Source: Candidatus Latescibacterota bacterium (GTDB taxonomy: Bacteria > Latescibacterota > UBA2968). Taken from it: a DNA stretch of 64,000 bases. The stretch is taken from NCBI GenBank assembly GCA_965204745.1, contig OZ242010.1:1344001-1408000 (forward strand). The letters are read 5' to 3'. Numbering within the stretch: position 1 is the first letter of the stretch; the number at the start of each line of letters is the position of its first letter. Positions 9,676-19,230 of the stretch are shown in pieces. Made by a program: the position numbers and the translations under genes. The notes beneath the pieces were generated by a model that did not search any database, was not told the DNA's origin, and saw only the letters and a program-made list of their open reading frames with translations.

Positions 9676-9840
9676 GGCAGAGGGCGCAGATGACACAGAC
9701 GCCGTAAGTAGGGCAGAGGACGCGGATTGGGTTGGCAGGTGACGCGAAAGGCATAGCAGATCGGAAGGACACAGCGGGTGTGGATGGGTGGGTTTTTAAT
9801 CCGCGTAATCCCCAAATCCGCGTAATCCGCGATTCAGACA
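9617..9840. repeat. Complete palindromic element (224 bp)
   Basis: Terminal inverted repeats TGTCTGAATCGCGGATT / AATCCGCGATTCAGACA. Confidence 0.9.
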
Positions 9841-9928
9841 AGGGGCGATCACAGCCCACTGACCACTTGATCAGGATAGCGCAGTTGCCTTCTCCCCTCT
9901 CCCTTCTTACGTCTCACCGATGTTTTAC

Positions 9929-9954
9929 TAGGTCGTGTTGACATTTTATTTTTT
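9929..9954 (+). repeat. Orphan IS5-like terminal repeat
   Basis: TAGGTCGTGTTGACATTTTATTTTTT is identical at 40441-40466 and resembles the TIR of the adjacent IS5. Confidence 0.6.
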
Positions 9955-9973
9955 TAGCGTTATGGACTGATTA

Positions 9974-10791
9974 GGTTCTGTTGACATTTGGGATATTTTG
10001 AGTTACTCTGTGTGTATGTCAAACCTTATTCTTTCTGCGAACCAGTGGCCTAAAATTCTCGCATTCATCCGCGAATGCCCTCGCGTCTATGTCGGCGAGG
10101 AAGCCGGTTGCAAACGCTTCATTGAAGCGGTTCTGTGGGTGATGCGCTCGGGTGGTCAGTGGCGTCAGTTGCCCGCACAGTACGGGAAGTGGAACACAGT
10201 CTATAAACGCTTTGCTCGCTGGTGCCGGTATGGCGTGTGGGAACGCATGCACCAGCATTTTACGTCTGATCCAGACTTGGCATGTCTGATCATTGACAGC
10301 ACTGTCGTGCGTGCTCATGCCTGTGCAGCGGGTGCCTCAAAAAAAAAGGGGGGCAAGCCGCGCAAGCCCTCGGCAAGAGCCGAGGCGGGTTCAGCACCAA
10401 AATCCATCTCTGCACAGATGCGCGTGGCCTCCCGCTCCGGTTTCGACTCACACCGGGACAAACCCACGATATCACGCAAGCCGAAGCGTTAATCGCTGGG
10501 TATGAGAGCCGATCTGTCATCGCGGATAAGGGCTATGATTCACAAGCGTTTCTGGACGTCCTTTCTCACCATGGACAGGTTGCCGTGATTCCGCCCCGGT
10601 CTTATCGCAAGACCCCGCGTGATTATGATCGCCATCGGTATAAGCAACGCAATTTGATTGAGCGGTTGATTGGAAAAATGAAGCAGTATCGCAGGATATT
10701 TGCTCGCTTTGAGAAACTCAGCACGAGTTATCGAGGCTTTCTCGCTTTTGCGGCCACGCTCATCGCTCTAAAACAAAATGTCAACAGAACC
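9974..10791 (+). mobile_element. IS5-family insertion sequence (IS427-like)
   Basis: Perfect 16-bp TIRs GGTTCTGTTGACATTT / AAATGTCAACAGAACC, each flanked by TA; two-ORF transposase. Confidence 0.9.
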
Positions 10792-10794
10792 TAA
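10016..10794 (+). CDS. IS5 transposase OrfA/OrfB joined by a -1 frameshift
   Basis: WRQLP.QYG.W.TVY.RF.RW, IDST, then A9G6 slippery run at 10339-10353. The -1 frame gives SRGGFSTKIH, ADKGYDS and RNLIER. Confidence 0.85.
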
Positions 10795-10815
10795 CCACTG
10801 ACAAAGGACAATGCG

Positions 10816-11373
10816 ATGGTTTCCACTTCTGATTTTCGCACGGGCATGGTGATTCGCCTGAATGGGCAGCTTTTTTTTCTCACTGAGTTTGAGCATTTTA
10901 AGCCCGGCAAGGGGGCTGCGGTCGTGCGGACCAAACTCAAGAGCGTGCAGTCTGGCGCGGTGATCGACAAGACGTTTCGATCCGGCGACAAGGTGGATGA
11001 TGTGCGCTTGGAAAAACGCAAGAGCCAGTATTTGTACCAACAGGATGCGTTTTACATTTTTATGGATACGCGCACCTACGAGCAGTACGAAGTGCCCCAA
11101 GAGACCGTGGGCGACGCACAAAAGTTGTTGAAGGAAAGCGAGATGGTCGAGGTGCTCGTCGCCGAGGGCAATGCCTTGGGCGTGGAACTGCCCATTTTTG
11201 TGGCGTTGAAAGTCGATCAAACCGATCCCGGGCTGCGCGGAGATACGGCCACGGGCGGCACAAAGCCCGCGCGCGTCGAGACCGGTGCCACAGTACAAGT
11301 CCCGCTGTTTGTCGAGATTGGCGATGTGCTGAAAATCGACACGCGCACCCAGTCTTATGTGGAGCGGGTTTAG
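10816..11373 (+). CDS. efp: Elongation factor P
   Basis: KPGKGAAVVRTK, PGLRGDTATGGTKPA and VPLFV motifs. Confidence 0.97.
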   Translation: MVSTSDFRTGMVIRLNGQLFFLTEFEHFKPGKGAAVVRTKLKSVQSGAVIDKTFRSGDKVDDVRLEKRKSQYLYQQDAFYIFMDTRTYEQYEVPQETVGDAQKLLKESEMVEVLVAEGNALGVELPIFVALKVDQTDPGLRGDTATGGTKPARVETGATVQVPLFVEIGDVLKIDTRTQSYVERV

Positions 11374-11436
11374 GCCCTTCCCAAGGTTTGAGACAGTGCA
11401 TTTTGCGAGACGATAAACTACTCAAGGAGAAAGCGC

Positions 11437-11910
11437 GTGAAAATTTCCAAACAAGTGATGACCGTGGTCAAAGACCTCATCGACCTCATCGGGGCTGATG
11501 AGGTGCAGGAAGTCGAAATCGAGCGCAAGTTCTTCGGACGCGGGCGCATTCGCGTGGTGCGTGCGAACGGGCAGGTTCCCATCGTGCAAACGCTGGGCGC
11601 GCCGGCCCCTGCCGAAGCACAAGAGCCGCAGGCAGAAGACGATGCGGTAAGCGAAGACGAGAGCCGGTACCACACCTTGCGGTCGCCGATGGTGGGGATG
11701 TTTTACCAATCGCCAAGCCCGGACGCGCTGCCCTATGTCACAGAAGGCGACGAGGTGACGCGCGGGCAGACCTTGTGCATCATCGAAGCCATGAAAATCA
11801 TGAATGAAATCGAGAGCGATGTAAATGGCCGGGTGGTGCGCGTGCTGGTCGATAATACCTCGCCCGTGGAATACAATACCCCCCTGTTTTTGATCGACCC
11901 ACAATCGTAA
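11437..11910 (+). CDS. accB: Acetyl-CoA carboxylase biotin carboxyl carrier protein
   Basis: SPMVG.FY and IIEAMKIMNEI biotinylation motif. Confidence 0.95.
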   Translation: MKISKQVMTVVKDLIDLIGADEVQEVEIERKFFGRGRIRVVRANGQVPIVQTLGAPAPAEAQEPQAEDDAVSEDESRYHTLRSPMVGMFYQSPSPDALPYVTEGDEVTRGQTLCIIEAMKIMNEIESDVNGRVVRVLVDNTSPVEYNTPLFLIDPQS

Positions 11911-11920
11911 CCGCTCTTTC

Positions 11921-12380
11921 AAATCGTAACATCTTGTAACATCTTGTCACAAATCGCACAATTTGAATAGACGCTTCATCGGGCTTGCGTCCTGACTCCG
12001 TATAGCGTCAGTCCGTCTTACAGCACCTCCACGTCCGTTTTTTACTTGCTCGGAGAAGCTCGCCGCGCAAGTGATAGTTGGTTATTACCATCATTCCTTT
12101 GGATTTTACGCTGGCAGGAGATTTTAGGTCTGTCGCTTGGTTATCGCTGTCACAGACGTTCCTTCGCCAGCAACCACATATCCCGCTTCACTTGTCAAAG
12201 AACAAGAAAAACAAAAAATCCGCCGATGGTTGAGACCAAAGCCACGCTTTGCCACCGGCGGAATGAGATAAATACAAATAGGGCGTGGCTGTTGGTCTCG
12301 TTACTTAGATGACCGCAAACCGCAAAAGGTTTCACTTATTTGTGCGATTTGTGATGATTTGTTACCATTTGTTACGATTT
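11921..12380. other. ORF-less structured element with ~40-bp imperfect terminal inverted repeats
   Basis: AAATCGTAACA...TCACAAATCGCACAA at the left and its complement at 12339-12380. Several internal hairpins, a minus-strand terminator and a boxA-like motif. Confidence 0.55.
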
Positions 12381-12421
12381 TCGCACACTGTTAAAAGCCC
12401 TCCATTTTCGAGATCATAACC

Positions 12422-13765
12422 TTGTTCAAAAAAGTTCTCATTGCGGACCGCGGCGAAATCGCGTTGCGGATTATCCGCGCCTGCAAAGAGTTGGGCTTGC
12501 AGACGGTCGCCATTTACTCGGAGGCCGACAGCAATTCCCTGCACGTCGGGATGGCTGATGAAGATGTGTGTATTGGCCCGCCCCCGGGCGATCAGAGCTA
12601 TCGCAACATCCCGCGCATTTTGAGCGCGGCTGAAGTGACCGATGCAGACGCGATTCATCCCGGGTACGGGCCCCTGGCTGAAAATGCCGAGTTCGCTGAA
12701 ATTTGCGGCACATGCGGGGTCGCGTTTATCGGCCCGTCTGCGGATGCCATCCGCAAAATGGGGGACAAGGCCATCGCGCGCGAGACCATGCAACGAGCCG
12801 GAGTGCCGGTCGCGCCGGGCACGGGTGTTTTGGAAAGCTATGCCGACGCGCAAAACGCAACGCGCCGCTTGGGGTATCCGGTGCGCCTCAAGGCCGTTGC
12901 AGGCGGCGGGGGCAGGGGCATGCGAACCGTGTTTTCCGAAGGCGAGTTGGAACGCGCCTGGCACATGGCGCAAGCCGAAGCGCGGGCCGCCTTTACGTCC
13001 GGCGCGCTCTATTTGGAAAAAGAAATCGCGCAACCTCGGCATGTCGAGATTCAGGTGTTGGGCGATTTGTCCGGGCGCATCGTGCATTTGGGCGAGCGCG
13101 AGTGTTCGGTGCAGCGGCGGCATCAAAAGCTCATCGAAGAATCGCCTTCGCCTGTGGTCGATGATGGCTTGCGCGAGCGCATGGGGCAGGCGGCCCTCAA
13201 AGGCGCGTCTGCGGTTGGGTACGCCAGCGCGGGCACGGTAGAGTTTTTGCTCGACGCGTCCGGCGAATTTTACTTTTTGGAGATGAACACGCGCATTCAA
13301 GTCGAGCATCCCGTAACCGAGATGGTGACCGGCTTGGACCTCGTCAAATGGCAGATTCGCATTGCGGCCGGCGCGTCCTTGCCGCGCGCCCAAGATCTGT
13401 TCGCGTTCAAGGGACACGCGATAGAGTGCCGCATCAATGCCGAGGATCCCGACCACCACTTCAGACCCTCGCCCGGCACGATTGCCACGTTTCACATGCC
13501 GGGCGGGCCGGGCATTCGCGTGGATTCACACGTCTATGCGGGGTACACCGTGCCGCCGCAATACGATTCCCTCTTGGCAAAGCTCATCGGGTACGGGGAC
13601 ACGCGCGACGAGGCCATTGCCCGGGCGGTGCGCGCGCTCGACGAGTTTGTGATCGAAGGCGTGCCCACGACCATTCCGTTTCACTTGCACGCCTTGCAAC
13701 ACGAGGATTTTAGAACGGGCCGAACCACGACGGAATTTGTGAACGAGTTGGGGTACGGGGGATGA
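12422..13765 (+). CDS. accC: Biotin carboxylase
   Basis: [36 protein letters not shown] and [13 protein letters not shown] motifs. Confidence 0.97.
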   Translation: MFKKVLIADRGEIALRIIRACKELGLQTVAIYSEADSNSLHVGMADEDVCIGPPPGDQSYRNIPRILSAAEVTDADAIHPGYGPLAENAEFAEICGTCGVAFIGPSADAIRKMGDKAIARETMQRAGVPVAPGTGVLESYADAQNATRRLGYPVRLKAVAGGGGRGMRTVFSEGELERAWHMAQAEARAAFTSGALYLEKEIAQPRHVEIQVLGDLSGRIVHLGERECSVQRRHQKLIEESPSPVVDDGLRERMGQAALKGASAVGYASAGTVEFLLDASGEFYFLEMNTRIQVEHPVTEMVTGLDLVKWQIRIAAGASLPRAQDLFAFKGHAIECRINAEDPDHHFRPSPGTIATFHMPGGPGIRVDSHVYAGYTVPPQYDSLLAKLIGYGDTRDEAIARAVRALDEFVIEGVPTTIPFHLHALQHEDFRTGRTTTEFVNELGYGG

Positions 13766-13792
13766 GTTGCAGGCCATTCAAAGGAGGCAGAG

Positions 13793-14176
13793 ATGGCGCA
13801 TATACCGGAAGATCTGTACTATAACAGCGATCACGATTGGGTGCGGATCGAGGGCGATGTGGGCACTTGCGGGATTACGGATTACGCGCAGGGCGAATTG
13901 GGCGACATCGTGTTTTTGGAATTGCCCGAGGTCGGCGATTGGGTTGTGCAAGGCGAATCCTACGGCACGATTGAGGCGGTCAAGACCGTGTCCGATCTCA
14001 TCGCCCCGGTCTCGGGCGAGGTGATCGACGTCAACGTGGAACTGACAGACGACGCGGCTTTGGTCAATGCCGAACCCTACGAAGACGGGTGGATGATCCA
14101 AGTGCGCCTGTCCGACCCCTCCGAAACAGATGCCCTGATGGACGCCCCTGCTTATACCGGCCTTCTCGATGAATGA
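13793..14176 (+). CDS. gcvH: Glycine cleavage system H protein
   Basis: GITDYAQ.ELGDIVF and IEAVKTVSD lipoyl motif. Confidence 0.95.
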   Translation: MAHIPEDLYYNSDHDWVRIEGDVGTCGITDYAQGELGDIVFLELPEVGDWVVQGESYGTIEAVKTVSDLIAPVSGEVIDVNVELTDDAALVNAEPYEDGWMIQVRLSDPSETDALMDAPAYTGLLDE

Positions 14177-14188
14177 GAAAGTGACCCA

Positions 14189-14632
14189 ATGAGTCTTGTA
14201 CTGACACAGCGGGAAGCCGATTCCCTTTTGAACCGCGACAAGCATTACATGGGAAACGAACAATTTTCCTTTCCCGGTTTGGGCGGCGCGTTGCGAATCC
14301 CGTTGTATTCCAATGATCGCCGCGAGGAATTTAGCTTGGACATCACCCGAGGGCGCATCGAACTGCGAAAGAATACGTTCCAAACACGGGCGCGACGAGT
14401 CGCGATTTTGGCGCGTGTCGATATTGGGGGTCCACCGCACCGCAATCCAGATGGGAGAGAAATTCCCTGCCCACACCTACATATTTATCGGGAGGGATAT
14501 GGTGACAAATGGGCGATACCTTTGCCTGATAACTTCAAAAATTATCGGGATGCGTGGCAGACCTTAATGGACTTCATGGATTATTGCCATGTGGTCACTC
14601 GACCCCCCATTCAGCCGGAGTTGTTCCCATGA
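14189..14632 (+). CDS. DUF6978-like protein
   Basis: LARVDIGGPPHRNPDG..IPCPHLHIYREGYGDKWA motif. Confidence 0.65.
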   Translation: MSLVLTQREADSLLNRDKHYMGNEQFSFPGLGGALRIPLYSNDRREEFSLDITRGRIELRKNTFQTRARRVAILARVDIGGPPHRNPDGREIPCPHLHIYREGYGDKWAIPLPDNFKNYRDAWQTLMDFMDYCHVVTRPPIQPELFP

Positions 14633-15399
14633 TGATTCGAGAAATCGCTAAACTGGTCAATGAGTACACGCGCTGGTTGGGGGATAAAACCATTTTTAAG
14701 GAGATCGATACGGCTTGGGTCGAGATCACGACGCCGTATCTGGATCGGCATAACGACTGCTTGCAGATCTATGCGTGCAGGGAAGGCAATGGATTCGTTC
14801 TGACAGATGATGGTTATATCATCAATGATCTCATCAACTCGGGTTGCCCTCTCGATACGCCGAAACGTCGCGCATTGTTAAAGACAACGCTGGCGGGATT
14901 TGGCGTGCAGATGGCGGGAGATCAATTGACTGTCCACACCACGCGAGAAAATTTTTCGATAAAAAAACACAATATCATCCAAGCCATGCTATCGGTAAAC
15001 GACCTTTTCTTTTCAGCTTCTCCTTATGTCGCCAGTCTCTTTTTGGAAGATGTAACGAACTGGTTGGAGTCGTCGGATATTCGTTATACGCCGCATATCA
15101 AGTTCACGGGCAAGAGTGGTTACGATCACATGTTTAATTTTGTGATCCCCAAGTCTCGCAGCCAGCCCGAGCGCATTGTGCAAGCCGTGGCAAATCCTCA
15201 AAAAAATTCAGCGGAAGCACTCGTGTTCAAATGGCTGGATACCAGAGAAATGAGGTCGCCCGATGCCATGCTGTTTGCCTTTCTAAACGATAGCAATCTC
15301 AAAGTCTCGCAATCGGCGATTGGGGCGTTGGAAAATTACGATCTTAAACCCGTGCTTTGGTCACGACGAGAAGAATCCAGGGAGTTATTAGCGGCATGA
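14629..15399 (+). CDS. DUF1828/DUF1829 protein (C-terminal restriction-endonuclease-like fold)
   Basis: ITTPYLDRHND, LTDDG and GKSG..H.FNFVI motifs; ATGA overlap with the upstream gene. Confidence 0.7.
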   Translation: MMIREIAKLVNEYTRWLGDKTIFKEIDTAWVEITTPYLDRHNDCLQIYACREGNGFVLTDDGYIINDLINSGCPLDTPKRRALLKTTLAGFGVQMAGDQLTVHTTRENFSIKKHNIIQAMLSVNDLFFSASPYVASLFLEDVTNWLESSDIRYTPHIKFTGKSGYDHMFNFVIPKSRSQPERIVQAVANPQKNSAEALVFKWLDTREMRSPDAMLFAFLNDSNLKVSQSAIGALENYDLKPVLWSRREESRELLAA

Positions 15400-16604
15400 A
15401 TCGACTTGATGTTTTTTCTCAAATCGCCCTCGGCGAAGACAGCACTCGGCAGTTCAAGGTCGATGTACGCAACAGTACGTCGCTGGCCGCAGAGATGGCG
15501 GCGTTTGCCAATTCCAAGGGCGGCACAATTTTTATCGGCGTGGCAGATGACGGGACTGCACCGGGGCTTGGTAGCGAGGATGTCTCTCGCATCAACCAAC
15601 TCATCGGCAACGCCGCGAGTCAATTAGTGCGTAGCCCTTTGACGGTACAGACGGAAAATGTGGCACTAAAAAATGGTCGCCTCGTGATTGTGCTGACCGT
15701 GCCCAATGGGATTGACAAACCCTATTTCGACAAAAACGGCGTGATTTGGCTGAAGACCGGCTCGGACAAGCGGCGGGTGAACGCCAAGGAAGAACTGCGG
15801 CGGTTGTTCCAATTTTCTGCACAGTTCTACGCCGATGAATTACCCACCAAAGCGGGTATTGACAAACTGGACAAATTGCGCTTTCGCGATTTTCTGCGCG
15901 ATGTCTATCATTGGGAATATCCAGATTCCGCCGCAGAAATGACCCGCCTGCTCCAGAATATGAATCTCGCCACCGAGGACGGACAGTTGAACTTGGCGGG
16001 CGTACTGCTGTTCGCCGAACAGCCAGCGTGGATCGCGCCGCAGTTTGTCGTAAAGGCCATCCGCTATCCCGGCAACGAGATTCACGCGACAGACTACGTC
16101 GATACCGAGGTTTTCGACGGGCCATTGCCCAAGAGCTTTGACGATGCCTTGGCTTTTGTGATGCGAAACCTGCACAAAGTACAGGCCGGACGCGGGGTCA
16201 ATGCGCCGGGCTTGCCGGAAATCCCGCCAAGCGCGTTTGAGGAGTTGCTGGTCAACGCGCTGGTGCATCGAGACTATTTGGTAAGCGCGCCAATTCGCCT
16301 GTTCATTTTTGACAACCGCATCGAGATCATCAGCCCTGGGCATTTGCCCAACAACTTGACCGTGGAGAAAATTCGCACCGGCAATTCCAATATTCGCAAC
16401 CCGATTCTCATTTCTTATGTGGCGAAGGGGTTGTTGCCCTATCACGGCCTCGGTTCCGGCATCAAGCGCGCCCTAGACGTATGGCCGCAGATCGATTTTT
16501 GCGATGATCGCGAGGGCTGTTTGTTCACCGCAACCGTACACCGCAAGCCCGTAGAAAAGTTGAGATTGGCGGATGTTTCTCCCCGAGGTGTGGCAAAAAT
16601 TTGA
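15396..16604 (+). CDS. Schlafen/AlbA_2 domain protein with RecG-C/HATPase_c_4-like domain
   Basis: GED...QFK, AAFANSKGGTIFIGVADDG, ELLVNALVHRDY, EIISPG and RNP motifs; ATGA overlap. Confidence 0.8.
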   Translation: MNRLDVFSQIALGEDSTRQFKVDVRNSTSLAAEMAAFANSKGGTIFIGVADDGTAPGLGSEDVSRINQLIGNAASQLVRSPLTVQTENVALKNGRLVIVLTVPNGIDKPYFDKNGVIWLKTGSDKRRVNAKEELRRLFQFSAQFYADELPTKAGIDKLDKLRFRDFLRDVYHWEYPDSAAEMTRLLQNMNLATEDGQLNLAGVLLFAEQPAWIAPQFVVKAIRYPGNEIHATDYVDTEVFDGPLPKSFDDALAFVMRNLHKVQAGRGVNAPGLPEIPPSAFEELLVNALVHRDYLVSAPIRLFIFDNRIEIISPGHLPNNLTVEKIRTGNSNIRNPILISYVAKGLLPYHGLGSGIKRALDVWPQIDFCDDREGCLFTATVHRKPVEKLRLADVSPRGVAKI

Positions 16605-16672
16605 GACGCAATCCCCGATGTCCCATGCCATCACATGGTCGCCAAACTTCAGAAATATCAGTGCATTAAGTC

Positions 16673-16700
16673 TTGACACGCTTTGGGCAATGCGTATCAT
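16673..16700 (+). promoter_or_regulatory. sigma70-type promoter
   Basis: TTGACA-N16-TATCAT upstream of the HNH-trpS operon. Confidence 0.55.
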
Positions 16701-16816
16701 AGAGCCTTATGCCGAGGCTGAGAAGGATCCCCTGTGCCAAAAAAAAGACACTGGACGCCGGCGTTGGCTACGCCTGTGTGCGTCGGAATGACGAAGGGGT
16801 TGGTTGGGCGAGGTGG

Positions 16817-16861
16817 ACTGACAACTGACAACTGACAACTGACAACTGACAACTGACAACT
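16817..16861. repeat. Heptamer microsatellite (ACTGACA)x6
   Basis: Direct reading. Confidence 0.95.
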
Positions 16862-16884
16862 CGAGGCTTGCAATGCAAGTGACG

Positions 16885-17400
16885 ATGCCCACAATTCTCA
16901 ATCAAGCCGTACTGGTGCTCAATCAGAGTTACGAACCGTTGCATGTGTGTTCTGTGCGCCGGGCCATTGTGCTGATTTTTCGGGGCCGCGCCGAGGTGGT
17001 CGAAGAGCTCGATTTGCGGATTCGCACGGTGAGCGAGTCCTTTCCGGTGCCGAGCGTGGTGCGCTTGGCGGTCTATGTGCGCGTGCCGCCCAAGCCGCTC
17101 GCGTTGACCAAGCGCAACATCCTCAAGCGCGATGGGTTTCAGTGTCAATACTGCGGTGTTCGGCGCGGGCCATTTACCATCGACCACGTCATCCCGCGCT
17201 CGCACAATGGTCGCGATACTTGGGACAATCTGGTGTGTGCATGTCATCGATGCAACAATCGCAAGGGCGACCGCACGCCCGCAGAGACCGGCTTGGCTCT
17301 GTTGCGAAAGCCGAAGTCGCCCAACCGCGTGACCTTTATTCGCCACCACATCGGCATACCGGATCGCCGCTGGCGGCCGTATCTTTTTATGGATGATTGA
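16885..17400 (+). CDS. HNH endonuclease (McrA-like)
   Basis: RD...[14 protein letters not shown] and W.NLV.AC..CN..KG motifs. Confidence 0.9.
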   Translation: MPTILNQAVLVLNQSYEPLHVCSVRRAIVLIFRGRAEVVEELDLRIRTVSESFPVPSVVRLAVYVRVPPKPLALTKRNILKRDGFQCQYCGVRRGPFTIDHVIPRSHNGRDTWDNLVCACHRCNNRKGDRTPAETGLALLRKPKSPNRVTFIRHHIGIPDRRWRPYLFMDD

Positions 17401-17435
17401 CCCTCTACGAGGGCATAACCGAAACCGGATCGCTC

Positions 17436-18497
17436 ATGAAAAAACGCATTTTAACAGGTGATCGGCCCACGGGGCGACTGCATTTGGGGCACTATGTGGG
17501 GTCCTTGAAAAACCGCGTGGCCCTGCAAGACGAGTACGAGTGCTACTTTTTAGTGGCTGATTTGCACACCTTGACCACGCAGCCGCAACGGGAATACATC
17601 CACGCCTTGCGGGAGAATATCCACGACATGGTCTTGGATTATTTGGCCGTGGGCATCGACCCGGAAAAATCGACCATTTACTTGCAGTCCGCGATTCCCG
17701 CGGTCTATGAGCTGAATTTGTTTTTTGAGATGCTGGTGACATTGCCCCGGGTGGCGCGGTTGCCGAGTGTGAAAGAGATGGCGCGCGCGGCGAATATGAC
17801 GGACGAGGCGATTCCGTTTGGCCTGATTGGGTATCCGGTGCTTCAAAGCGCGGATATTTTGATGCCCCGCGCCCATCTCGTGCCGGTGGGCAAAGACAAT
17901 GAGGCGCATGTGGAAGTCACGCGAGAAATTGCGCGGCGGTTCAACCACTACTACGGCGACGTGTTTCCCATTCCCGATCCCCTCATCGGCGACGTGCCTT
18001 CGTTGGTGGGCACGGACGGTCAGGCAAAGATGAGCAAGAGCCTGGGCAATGCGATCTTTTTGTCTGACGCTGAAAAGAGCGTCCACAAAAAAGTGCGCGG
18101 GATGTACACGGATCCCAACCGCATTCGCGCCGATATTCCGGGCAGGGTGGAAGGCAACCCCGTGTTCGCGTATCACGATGCGTTTAATCCGGATGTGGAT
18201 GAGGTCGCCGATCTCAAAGCCCGGTACCGCAAGGGCCGCGTGGGCGACGTGGAGGTCAAAGACAAATTGGCCCGCGCGCTCAATCGGTTTCTCGATCCCA
18301 TCCGGGAACGCCGAGCGCATTTTGCCGCGCAGTCGGGATATGTCGAACAGGTGATTTACGAAGGCACGCTCAAAACGCAAGCACTGGCGAGCGAAACGCG
18401 CTCTGCCGTGAAAAAGGCGATGGGATTCACGGGAATATGGAATCGGATTTCCCGCAAAGCGCGAGATCGAATCAAAAAACGCGAGAGGGAAGTTTAG
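17436..18497 (+). CDS. trpS: Tryptophan-tRNA ligase
   Basis: TGDRPTG.LHLGH, YPVLQ.ADI and KMSKS motifs. Confidence 0.96.
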   Translation: MKKRILTGDRPTGRLHLGHYVGSLKNRVALQDEYECYFLVADLHTLTTQPQREYIHALRENIHDMVLDYLAVGIDPEKSTIYLQSAIPAVYELNLFFEMLVTLPRVARLPSVKEMARAANMTDEAIPFGLIGYPVLQSADILMPRAHLVPVGKDNEAHVEVTREIARRFNHYYGDVFPIPDPLIGDVPSLVGTDGQAKMSKSLGNAIFLSDAEKSVHKKVRGMYTDPNRIRADIPGRVEGNPVFAYHDAFNPDVDEVADLKARYRKGRVGDVEVKDKLARALNRFLDPIRERRAHFAAQSGYVEQVIYEGTLKTQALASETRSAVKKAMGFTGIWNRISRKARDRIKKREREV

Positions 18498-18618
18498 CCA
18501 CGAGCGGGGTATGTAGGGCCGACGCCCCGTGCTCGCCCAAAGAGACGAGAAGGCATGACACTGCGCCAAAGTCGAAACCACGCGGCTTTTGTCGCGTACT
18601 CTGAGAAAGGAGAATCAC

Positions 18619-19188
18619 ATGATTTTAATCATTGCTTTTACGCTGATCGTATCGGCCTTGTTGCCTGTTCGCGTTGAGGCGTCCGATAGCTTGATAGTGG
18701 TGCATTTGGAGTATATTCGTAAAGATATATCCGAACTCAAAACCGATATGTCCAAACTCAAAACCGATGTGTCCGAACTCAAAACCGATGTAGCCGAACT
18801 CAAAACCGATGTAGCCGAACTCAAAACCGATGTGTCCAAACTCAAAACCGATGTAGCCGAACTCAAAACCGATGTGTCCAAACTCAAAACCGATGTAGCC
18901 GAACTCAAAACCGATGTGTCCAAACTCAAAACCGATGTAGCCGAACTCAAAGACGATATGAACAAGCGTTTTGACGGTGTAGATAAGCGTATAACTGCAA
19001 ATACGGATCGGCTTTTTTACAGTAACTTGATGGTCATGGTTACAGCAATAGGGGTCGTAATCACAGCAATAGGGGTCATCGTTTCAATATGGCTTTCGGT
19101 TAGGCCAACAAAGACGCCTAACGCTCCTGGAGTTGTGCCACAAATCAACAATCCTTTGGAGACGCAAAACGCGCCGGCCGCGCCTTAG
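18619..19188 (+). CDS. Membrane-anchored coiled-coil protein with ~11 tandem 21-nt heptad repeats
   Basis: RBS AAAGGAG; N-terminal signal/TM segment, (KTDV[AS][EK]L)n at ~18724-18960, C-terminal TM segment. Confidence 0.8.
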   Translation: MILIIAFTLIVSALLPVRVEASDSLIVVHLEYIRKDISELKTDMSKLKTDVSELKTDVAELKTDVAELKTDVSKLKTDVAELKTDVSKLKTDVAELKTDVSKLKTDVAELKDDMNKRFDGVDKRITANTDRLFYSNLMVMVTAIGVVITAIGVIVSIWLSVRPTKTPNAPGVVPQINNPLETQNAPAAP

Positions 19189-19230
19189 AATTGTCAACAA
19201 AAGGCCCACAATTCAAATGACGAGAAACTT

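Noticed and set aside
9111-9941. Short ORFs reading through the palindromic and heptamer repeats (NPRNP-, SVVSCQ- and LASCLL-rich)
   Set aside because: They are translations of non-coding repeats, with no RBS or domain support.
16700-17400. HNH gene with upstream RNA as an IscB/HEARO system
   Set aside because: The protein is a short McrA-like HNH with no PLMP or RuvC motifs, and the upstream sequence looks like dispersed repeats.
18724-18960. 21-nt repeats as a CRISPR array
   Set aside because: The repeats are contiguous with no spacers and are in frame within a protein; no cas genes are present.
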